64,000 nt of DNA from Kudoa neothunni (taxonomy: Eukaryota; Animalia; Cnidaria): positions 8,791,904 through 8,855,903 of the forward strand of contig OZ199838.1 of the NCBI GenBank assembly GCA_964304625.1. The letters are read 5' to 3'. Every line of letters starts with the position of its first letter. Position 1 is the first letter of the stretch. Positions 53,435-64,000 of the stretch are shown here, piece by piece. Made by a program: the position numbers and the translations under genes. The notes under the pieces were generated by a model, which saw only the letters and a program-made list of their open reading frames with translations, searched no databases and was not told where the DNA came from.

Positions 53435-55004
53435 ATTTAATGCATTTGAAATTTTTTTAATGTTACAAGTTTTTTATGTTGCCATATTGTCGGTGACTTG
53501 ACAGTAATCTGGTTCGTATGTTGTTAACGCTGTACGAATTAATTCCGTCAGGTGTTTGTTTGTTTGGGAGAGATCCGCCATGCCTCGATTTTAGCAACTT
53601 CGTCGTTGAATAAATATACTCACAACAATAAGTTGTTACAAAGATAGAAACAAGTTGAGAAAAACTCCCTTTAATTTTGAGTATTTAATTTTTGGAACTT
53701 ATTTCCAAAATTCGCTTGGTGAGTTGGAATTATGAATCACCTTTAACCATAGAAAGCTCACCAAAAATAGTTACACAAAGGCTCAGTGGGTCCCTTTTTG
53801 GTCCAAGTGTAAATTCATCAAAAAAGCCTATTTATTATCGTACAGAGTTCTTTTATAGTGTATTTAACTAAAAATGCGGAATGATATTTTTTGTAGTAAT
53901 TCCAGGAATCTATCAATTGAATTTATCCGTAGAGAGTGATTTTTGTAATATTTAGTTGTTCATTGAATCTTTGATTCCTTTGTTCTAAATTAAAATTATT
54001 TGGAAAGAAATAAACTTTAATAAATTAGAAACCTTTTTTTCGAATTGCGATATTCAATATTGATAAGGGGATCTAAATAAGCACGACATAAAGTTGGTTA
54101 TCGAGTGTTTAAAAAGGAGATTAGGTTTTATGCACCCCGAGATTTGCAATGGTTGGGAATAATACGTTTGACTTCGATACCTTACATTTCAAAACATATT
54201 TCAGCGTTAAATCATATTTCAAACAATATCATCGTAATATACGGAAGTTGTAGGGCGACAAAGATGATAGCTTGTTGTTGGATGACGACCATGATTCCAT
54301 GGAAACAGCTTTATGGCCTTACTGCGTAAATGATACGTCGTCACGGCTTTTATTAAATTATTCATAAAATTATAATATTTTAAAACAATGAATGACGCAG
54401 TGACTTAAGTTTGCATTATTTGAGCATCAGTGTTTAATACACCAAAAATAATGGTCAACAAATCTGTTATATTTTTACGTAGTTATCTTTAATATTTATA
54501 TATACTACAAAATCACCTTCACCCTGTCATTATTTTATTATTTTTGAGGTTCGCGAAATAATAATGTAAACATAAATTAGAATAACTATTTTTATGCAGA
54601 CTTTTTCTTAATTTAACGAGGCGTATTTGGTATAATTTCCTAGAGCAAAGAATTATTTTGTAAAAAAATTATTCTTTTTTTTCCATAGCGGGGTTGATTT
54701 TATTCGTTTTTTCAGCAGAGAGATATGTTTTATCCCGAATGTCGAAAATGTGTATACATTAAAAAATTCAAATTGGCTGCGCCTTAGTTAGAATTCATTT
54801 ATTATAATGGGTTAAAATTGTATATACTATAAATGTTAATGTATCAGAGATCGTATAATGATTAATATATTGTATTTAATTCTCAATGAAAATGTTTGTA
54901 TAATTTATAAGCTGCAAGCATATTTCGAATAAAAAAATATATTAATACCATATTTCAAGACCTAAACGCAACTGTGCCCGATCAAAATGAAACCCCATGC
55001 AATA

Positions 55005-56100
55005 ATGTCAAGAGGAGGAAATATGTTATCTTGAGTGATGATATGAAACAAATGGCAGTTTCACTAGCTGAAGTTCATGACCTTTTTCGTATAATTTCAA
55101 ATTATTTCTAGAATCGATACTCTAACGAATACATTGCCGAGAAAATGGGTGTACATAAATAAACCATTGGGCGCATTTTGAAACAAAAATCGATGGATAC
55201 GAAATTAAGTGCACCAACAAAGAAAGGGGGTGCCAGACGGTCAAAATTAACTGAAACCCATAAATTATACATCCGCGAACTTGTACTTGTGGATGAGGAT
55301 TGTACCACTACATTAAATTCTATTACCAACAAAGTTCTAGAATATTTTGGTATTAACGTTTCTCGTCAAACGACTACGAATTGTTTGAGAGATTTCCATT
55401 ACATTTAAAAAAATTTCCATTGTACCCCTAGGAAGAAATTCTCAGGATTGTATCGAAACGAGAAAAAGGTCTATTGTCATTTTAAAAAATTGCTTAAAAA
55501 TGAATAGATACGAGCTACAATATCTTGAATTGAAGCCTCGTCATTCTATTGTCACCTATACAGACAGATCAGTTTTTCTCTGTCAATGAGAAGAACGTTT
55601 GGACGAGTACGTTCAGGATCAAGAGCGAACCTGAAATTGAAAAGCATTCGCTCTAAAAATATAACTTTAATCGCGGCTATAAGCTCGGGATGGATGTGGA
55701 CATTGCACGTATAAAATGGAGCTGTCAACCAACAAGTTTTTTTCTATTTTCATAGATAAACTATTCTTCGACTTAAGCCGCAATGGAGTTGATAACGCCT
55801 TACTAGTAATGGAAAATGTGAGATTCCACAAAACGGATCTAATAAGGAATCAAATCCAATACACAACCCATAGGTTATTGTTTCTTCCATCATACTATCC
55901 GTTCCTCAGTCCTATTGAGGGATTCTTCCATCAAATTAAGCCCATTGTAAGAAACAAGGAACCATCTAATCAGGAGGAATTGATCAACGCAATTATGGCT
56001 AGCTCGGATGGCGTTCCTAGTGACCAACTACAAAATTATGCAGATCATGCGGAATCCTATTTCGCAGCATGTATTAATTCGGAAATTAACAATTGGTTAA
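55005..56100 (+). pseudogene. IS630/Tc1-family DD34E transposase, disrupted
   Basis: HTH remnants (KKGGARRSKL, INVSRQT) and VM(E)NVRFHK..LFLPSYYPFLSPIE with 34 residues between the acidic positions. Frameshifts; TIRs not found. Confidence 0.85.
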
Positions 56101-56652
56101 TTTTACGTTGTGCTAAAAACATGAAGCTTAAATTGGTGCCAATTAATATTTGATTTGTGTGTGTGTGTATGTATGTATGTCAATAAGACTACAAATTTAA
56201 AAGTGGTAATTAAAGAAGCAGTAAAATCTTACATTGAAACAGTACATTTTTGAGAAGCGTAAGTATTGAAAATGTGACAACGTTATTAAATCTTTGACAA
56301 AAATGGATAAAAATTAATTCCTTTATGTACTTTAAATAAATATGAATAAACTCTATGAGTGGAAACAATTATTTGATGTAATTCGTTAATCACTTGTAGA
56401 AAATTCGAAAAATTATACACTCTACCATAACTCACCAGGTAGAATATTGTCAAAAAATATCTTAATTTGATAAAAATCAAATCTAAAAATAAATAAGTTG
56501 TGTTATTTAAAAAGTTGCATTTTGACTCAACACAACAGTTATCTGCGCGCGCTGGTCGCATATTGATCGACGCAGTTGCATTCATGTCTTGAAATATTGT
56601 AAGGTTTATTCCAAAGAATCGGAACAATCAAAACAATAAATAATGTTTCTTT

Positions 56653-57717
56653 AGCTAAAGTACGGTTCAGTTGAAAGTTCGCGCGACTTCGTATTATTTC
56701 GGCATAAAAAAAGACATTATTAAACAATCAAATAAACATGTTTTTAGTGTAAGTAAATCCTATTTATTGTTTCAATGTAAGAAGAAAAACGATTCTCTTT
56801 AAATTTCATCTTAAATTGATACGAGGCGAGGTATGAACCAATCAATTCTGATGTTTATTGGTTATGTATCTAAATTTCCTTTTAATAGCGCCCCGGATGG
56901 CCGTCTATCTTATTTGTATAGACATCGTCAGCTGTTTTAAATTGTACACTATGGTTCACTGACTCATGCTTATATCCCAGAGATTCAAGCTGTTATATCC
57001 GCGCTATTTGTCGGTCCAAATTATAGGACCCGCGAGTTACATGAGAGGTAATAATATCCTCAAGAGTTGACTGATTTCTAACTTCAGTCAAAACTTGAAA
57101 TATGTTATTATTCTCGTCTACCCCGCCGACTATCCAGGCATTTTGGTTAACAAGAGCCCTCCCTCTGGTGGTATTTTCGTTGGCATATATTGGATTCATC
57201 GATCTGTACAACAACATCGACTCCACCAATTCGCACTCTATAGAGATTGAAATACTCAATATATATTTCTCTAACATGGTTCTTCCAATTGACGATAGTC
57301 TCCCCTGATCCAATTTTTAACTGTTTTAGCAATGTCTCGTATGACATTTGAATGTCGAAGACATCCAAATACATTAAAAAGAATATTTGCCATAACTACA
57401 ACTTTGAACCTTCGAAAAATGTTCCTTTACGGATTGATATTCTTTTCTTAAATGCATAGCATCTAAAATTATATCCATCGAGAACATTTTCCTTAACGAG
57501 CCCAATTTCTGAATGGCACTTATCGCATACTCTCACTTTAGGAATTAATCCTATATTTTGTAAAAATGCAATAAATTTTTCAATGTCATTTTTAAACAAA
57601 AATAGATCTTCTAAAAGAATAGAATCAACGTTTGAGAGCGAAAGTTCATTTCTGATTGCGCCACCGCCGAAATAATGCGAAGTCCCGCGAACTTTTCAAC
57701 TGAATCGTACTTTAGCC
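56653..57717 (-). mobile_element. Merlin element, 1065 bp, frameshifted ISXO2-like transposase
   Basis: ~51-bp TIRs (56653-56703, 57666-57717). Perfect 9-bp TSD TGTTTCTTT (56644-56652, 57718-57726). CDKC zinc ribbon, SIRKGTFF, VVQIDES, WIVGGVD and VNHS. Confidence 0.93.
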
Positions 57718-57726
57718 TGTTTCTTT

Positions 57727-58468
57727 TTATCCTATGTTTTATGCAAACAAATTTGAAACAGTTGAAACATCTCAAGCTGGAATTTTTATCTTTATTCCAT
57801 TAATCTTCCCAGTATAAGGCTGAATATTCGGTAGGTGTGACATTTCCGTGTCTGCAGCCTCCCAAAGTTTGATTCTGAATCGTCCGGGCTTTCGTTTCAT
57901 ATATACACTAAACGGGCATTTGTCCCCGAAACCTTGCTAACCTTTCGTTGACTGTAATATGCGTGCCTGACGAATAATATTTCAGACAATTTCCATTAAA
58001 TGGATTGAGAATTTGACGAAAAGGTTCAAATTTGCCATTTGTAGTTTGAAACCGATAAATTCTATTTGTTGTATCGCCTAAAGAGATTTTTCTATAAACA
58101 TAAGTGAACCAGTTTCTGGGCATCACTGTGGAGAAGAATAATCGTTTGTACAATGGACCACCATCCCCCATGTCCTATGAGCAAGCATCTTTCTATTTGA
58201 ACGCGCGGCAGCGATTAATATTCCTATAAATGCTTATATTTCATCTTTAGATATTGTGCGTGTTTCTCTAGATTAGTTTTTTCATTATATTTGTCGATGT
58301 GGTTTTATTATCTCATCAATTATATCTTTCGATATAAACAATTCAAAGGCATCAAAAATGGACGTTATATTTTTGGCTTTTTCTAAAATGTCTGTGGGTG
58401 AAGTAACGATGTTATGTGATTTAGTTTTCGTTTTCGAATAAATTCTTTTGGACCATTCAAGACCAGAT

Positions 58469-58507
<39 letters not shown>

Positions 58508-59330
58508 AAAATAGAATCTTTATTGGGGTCTATTTGAGCGAAATTAACGTCACTTTAAAATCTTTATCATTATCTATAACATTAATAGCACAATCATCTC
58601 ATTCAGATATTTCATATTCTGAACAGCTATCATTATTTGCAGAGGAAAAATCCTCAATAATTTTTTCATCATCATCATCATCAATGGTTTGGTCTAGTCT
58701 CATACTGAGTATTACGAATGCATCAAAAACGTAATTTAACAATTATTACCTCAATATCCGCAAGAAAGGTTATGTGCATGGCTTAGTCGGATTAATCCTC
58801 GTTAATCCGTTTAGCGGTAATATTTAGAAAGGCGCACCATTTTTCACGCAATAGAAGGGATATTATTAAATTTTTCGACTGTTAAAGTTGTTTTAAATAT
58901 TTATAAAAACAAATATGTAACATTAGAAAAATGGTCCGATGCATTCAAAATTAACTGTAGTACTATTTTGGAATTTAGTCAATGGAATTAATCATATTAT
59001 AAAAAACTCCTTGTTAGAATACCTATGGGATTCTATTAATACAAAATAATGACCTTTGATTATCAAGCATTAGAATCCTCAAGATGGTAGTTAATTACTT
59101 TATTATATATATAAACTACTATTATCTCGAAGAAGATTACTGTTGTATTTTTGATCATAGTGTTATGAATAATAGTTGCAACAATCATAACACTCCTTTT
59201 TATTAAAATATCGAAATAATAATATTAGAGGTAGTCTGAAACTTTGGAGATTATCAGAACTGATTCTTGGATTTAGAAACAAAATAGATAATGTGGGGTC
59301 TCTCAAATACCCCAGTTGGTACCGGAAGAG
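57727..59330 (-). mobile_element. 5' part of a decayed piggyBac element, interrupted by Merlin
   Basis: TTAA at 59331-59334 with a GGGGT..ACCCC subterminal motif. Acidic N-terminus, AFELFISKDIIDEII, ITVNERLARFRG and NIQPYTGK. Confidence 0.82.
58469..58505 (+). repeat. G37 homopolymer
   Basis: Directly visible. It produces the spurious poly-Pro in ORF 58285-58509. Confidence 0.95.
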
Positions 59331-59615
59331 TTAATATAATTTTATGCTATTGTGTTAACTTTATTACAATCGGTATATTTTTGTTGTAAATAACGTTTTG
59401 AAAAAATTGCTGTTGCGTATCTTCATTTTATAGTTATATATTATCTAAATTAAGCAGGAAACAACGTCAGAAAATTTATAAACTAAAGAATAATAAGTTA
59501 TTTACGAAAATTACAAAATTATAGTAGTGTAATTCACATTATTTTTAATACGTATAACATCCCTATAATTATCAATCTAAATTTTTAAAAATCTAAAGTT
59601 TGAAATCTATTTAAA

Positions 59616-60812
59616 TCCTCCAACGATCATTTGGAGTCGAATCGACCCCACATTTTTGTTTTATTTTTCTTTTCTGGAAATTATTTTTTTTCGGTGTATA
59701 AAGTATGTAAGAAATCCACCGAGGAAGTTTTGAGTTAATTAAAGTTTGATAACCCATTAATCTTCGATAATCCGTTAATGTACGGATTCAGACAACTATG
59801 CTACATATCGTTAATATTACATTCTGAGGTAACGGCGGCTACATTGTGAAATGAGATTCATCTGCGCAAACTAATTTAATGATGCTAGTTATAACAATTT
59901 TAGCGAAATTTTACTTAAATTAAAACAAACATAAAAGGTAGCTTTATGACTTTGTGCACTTTAAAAAATAATGCATTCGAACGTTCAACCATTACATAAG
60001 CCTATCTACATAATATATTATTTCACGTGGATCATTTTTTTTTAATTTTAAAACACTTAATGAAACGTCTAACTAACTGGTCAATGCAAAAAATGGCGGT
60101 TGCACAATCCGCAAATAACAACAATCAAGCATTGATTTTACTCTCAGCGTCGTATGGATTGTTGAGCGCGGCGGAGAGTTAAAAAAATATTTTCTGCGCT
60201 TGTTATTGATGTAGATCTTTTTGTAGGATTCTAAACTAGCCATATTTGTTAATAAATGAGTTATCGTATATGCCCAGATCGTAGTCATCAGTTTCTTGAG
60301 AGATACTCAATTATAACATCCTCATATTCACTACCAGAAGATTAATCGTTATGAAATAAAAAATTAAATTTAAAATCCATTGATATTATCCTGGTACTAA
60401 ATTATTAGTGAAGAAAAAAAAATTATATTACCCAGTGCAATCGATCGCCAAAACTGTGCACGAGCAATGTTCGATTTGGTGGCGTAAGATTAATTCAAGG
60501 ATTAATTTTGATTTGCCTTAGAATTCTGTTGGGAAATTTTTTTAATACTTCACATAACAAATTTAATGAAATTTATGTGCAAAATGATGAAATAAAAAGA
60601 TGGGGTCGATTCGACCCCAAATGATCGTTGGAGGGTATCCTTCAAATTTTGGCTACATAAATAAACCTAAATTATCCAATTTTCCTCAGTTACATAGGAG
60701 AATATATTTATGAAGAATAGCTCGAATTCAAGAACATTGGAACTGAGGGGAAAAAGTTATACGTTATTCATGTCTACTTTGGGGACGATTCGACTCCAGT
60801 ATTGTTAGAGGA
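59616..60812. mobile_element. Non-autonomous piggyBac-type element
   Basis: TTAA(A) at 59611 and TTAA at 60813-60816. Ends TCCTCCAAC / GTTAGAGGA. Palindromic GG(G/A)GTCGAWTCGACCCC motifs at ~59633, 60602 and 60781. Confidence 0.8.
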
Positions 60813-62718
60813 TTAAATAGAAATGCTCAAATAATGCAACTATCAATATAATTGACCAGGTCAAATTTTTCTTTAAATACTGAGACATTTAAAAATGCCC
60901 TCTCAGAAATGCATCAGACTTTTGACTTTAAAAATGGACTCGGATTAAGCAATTTCTTTTTAATGATAGGAGAGATGTCCTAAATTATTAAATTTAACGA
61001 AAAAGGTAGAATTACAAAAGATTATAAAAAAATATTAGTTTAATTGGCTTATTTTAGCTGATTTTTTCACGCATGCGCAACTGGGCGGATATTGTGCGCA
61101 GAATGTGTACTGCATACTTCTATGCCAATATCTCAAAAAGTTCACAACAATCATTTTTTACTGCAATCGTAATCATACCTCAGAAGTACATGCGCAATCC
61201 CATTAGGGAACCGCTTTGGTAGACTAAAAATTGACACGCGCATACTTTACCATATTAGCGCTCGTTTTGTATGACGGATTTGTGTTTTAATTCAGGAGAT
61301 GCAGTGGAGGAAATGTTCTCCCAGTTGGTGGATCGAAGCACATATGTATAATCAGAATAATAGAAATGCGAGCATAGCTTTTTATTTCCGTAGGTGTCAC
61401 TTGATTATATTCTATCAAAATATCAACTTACTTATGAGGATTCCTTAAAGTAGGGTTTTATTAGCATAGATCTGACTTATTAATAATAGAACTATGGGTT
61501 GTTTAATGAGAAAAATTACCGAGTCAAAGACATATTACGATAAGTTTAGTGGGATAGTTTCTAAATCAATGATTGCGTATGGCGATACTGGCCATTCCAA
61601 AATACTTGTAAGTTGGATTCGATATTGTTCGCGCTTAACTGAAACGCTAGAAAGCCCAATTATCACTCCAAAAAGTCTCGCTTGAAAGTATTTGTAGCAG
61701 AATTCTTGTTTCCAAATAGATTCTTAGAGGTCACCCCGAACGATATTTTGGTTGCATTGGTACCAAATGAATTTCTGCGAGAGAGACAACTATCTCATAA
61801 TGCCACTTGAAGATTCTATTAACGTCAATTCAAATATGTAAATTTCTATTTTCTCAAAAAATTAATGTCATTCCTTAGTGAATTTGTGTGCTCAAGAATG
61901 GTTTTTCCGCATATAAATAACAACGAGAAAAAATCGCTTGAAACTGCAACATCTGGTTCACTAAAAACACCCACGCCAACTCAAACTAACACTCCCAAAA
62001 GTCTTCCAACATATAAACCAAAATCTACCAAAATCATTAGTGATGGTATCTCATTATTCGGATGATGTGTTGTTTGAGCCGCTTTGATGTTAAGATATAA
62101 ATGAGAATAAACTCTGGGTCAAAGAAGTCATATCTGAGCTCACTAACAATGTTGATGCGTCAGTAAATGTTTAATTATTTAGTTTTTTAATGCATAATTG
62201 AATGAACCGTTAACACTGATAGAATGAACATAAAAGAAGGGTTGCGTGTGACTCTGAAGAACCTCTTCCTGCAAAATTATTGAGAACACATTCGAATTTA
62301 TCAATTCCAACCTCAAATCCCAATAACAAATCAGGTATGGCAATTTAATGTATTGTTATGCTTATTAATTATTTTTAGTAGTCGATAAGAAACAAACAAA
62401 ACCCAAGCAACCGACTATGAACTCATTTTTTGCAAAAAAATGATTATAATTAGAGAAATTTTGTATAGATTAAGTTTGGTTGGTTATGTAAAAGTGTTGT
62501 TTGTTGGCAGTCACAGTTAAGTTATCATTGGATAGAATCATAATCATTGTTATAAATCGCCTGAAACATTTTTATTTAAAATCAAAAGCTCTTAGCAGAT
62601 GACAACATTTTTAGTGTAATAAAAATAGTACTGAAACCAGGGAGTTTTTTGTAATATTATAACGATTTAAATGATTTTGATCAATCGCTGCTTTAGTTTG
62701 TTGAGAACTAAAATTTAT

Positions 62719-63776
62719 TTATAAACATATGAAGGTGTAAATATTGTATGGAAATACATTGTAGGCAATTAGGCAAATTATCAATAATATTGTGGATAGT
62801 AGGGCAAAAACTGTTGAGGTTCCAATGAATAGATTTCCAAACATTTTAACTTTAGTATAAACGATCCAAATGAGGAATGTATTATACCCCAATAGAAATG
62901 TCACTATTATCATACATTCGAAAGAATTAAAATGGAGAAAAATTACTTGTTAGATTCCATGCTATATCAACCAATACGAAGCGAAACCTGGTTATAATTT
63001 TTAACAAAAATAATGGCATCAGAAAAATGCTCAAGTATAGACTTGCGTATCCACAATAAATAAAAAATAAATTGAAAATGTCGTATCCGACACCTTTGAA
63101 CTGATCATAAAATCAACGCGCACGTATAAGATAACTACTGAAATGGTATCCAAAGACAATTCTGTTGAATAACACGACTTAAAAAATTTAGACTATTGAG
63201 GAAATTTTCATCGATAGTACTAGAAGGTTCAATATTGTTCTTATTTTGGGTTTTAACTGTCAAAAATTAATTTAATAAATAAATCAAGTATTACCTGATT
63301 TTGAAAGTTTTTCAAAGAATTCAATAGCGTTTAATACATCTATAGAATCAATAATAACAACTTAGTAGACGCTTATACCATATCGTTTGATGGATTCTTT
63401 TACTGCTAATAATTCTATAAAAATATTTCAAAAAAATCCTTGCTTAAAATAACTCTATTATTTTACCGCCCGTGAGAATACCAGTCTGTCGCTTACAGCT
63501 TATACTACTAGAAGAAATGTAACATCCTAAATGCAACCCAAACACGTAGGTTTCATTGGGTTCATTTTTCCTGTGGACGGTAACTTCCAACAAATTATTT
63601 GTACAAAAGCACAACACAAACAATGACAATCCTAGAATTAGACAGATAATGCTGCATATCTTGTACAGAAAACTTTTTCGGATTTCCTACAAGTTAAATT
63701 GTTTCGACTTGATTATTAACATGATTACTTTACATATCGTTGTAAAAAAGGTTATGTACTCTAGAATCCTAACCAT
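62719..63776 (-). CDS. Second claudin/PMP22-like tetraspan protein (paralogue of 3221-6013)
   Basis: Predicted exons: ATG 63776-63774; 63686-63467 (TM1 + FGLHLGC-x8-C); 63414-63379; 63339-63295; an uncertain exon at ~63256-63175; 63100-62947 (TM2 LSIFLMPLFLLKII); 62903-62719 (TM3-TM4, stop). Confidence 0.7.
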
Positions 63777-64000
63777 ATGCATATTTGATCAAATTTTATA
63801 GATATTTGTCGGTAAGTAGATTAATTAAGAAACTTAACCATTCAATATTTCGTATTCTCGTTTATTAGAACGGTGTTTCGTTAGTATGTATCACATGAAA
63901 TAAAAAAATGTTTATTGTTATCTTGTTAAATAATTATTTTCCGATAGGAATTCAATTATATTATTTTTTAATTTAGTATCAAATAAAAATAGCAATTTTG

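Noticed and set aside
53450-56640. Possible Fanzor/TnpB cargo next to the IS630/Tc1 transposase
   Set aside because: No RuvC or zinc-finger motifs were recognisable in any frame.
58285-58509. Polyproline (formin/WASP-like) ORF near Arp2
   Set aside because: It is the translation of the G37 run inside a piggyBac pseudogene.
61494-62420. Faint TAF13/Spt3-like wording (MIAYGD..., EVTPNDILVAL) with splice-like sites
   Set aside because: No stop-free, phase-consistent exon chain could be built, and the similarity is too weak.

Overview
AT-rich eukaryotic (animal-type) DNA with very short spliceosomal introns (mostly 39-60 nt), densely packed with decayed DNA transposons. A compact-intron parasitic lineage such as Myxozoa is plausible, but that is inference only. 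I reconstructed four host genes by hand, all on the minus strand: (1) a complete 7-exon Arp2 gene (44754-46299, 394 aa); (2) an 18-exon ACAP/centaurin-beta-like BAR-PH-ArfGAP gene (22392-30966) that the ORF track misses, which appears to lack ankyrin repeats and whose fifth intron is inflated to 5.1 kb by nested transposons; (3, 4) two paralogous claudin/PMP22-type tetraspan genes (3221-6013 and 62719-63776) whose first extracellular loop is extended by runs of tiny, frame-symmetric phase-1 exons. Most of the remaining sequence is piggyBac, MULE, hAT, pogo/Tc1/IS630, Merlin and Helitron-type elements plus one solo LTR. Many have readable TIRs and TSDs, many are nested, and every transposase is disrupted. 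I found no rRNA, tRNA or CRISPR. Exon boundaries are manual predictions without transcript support.
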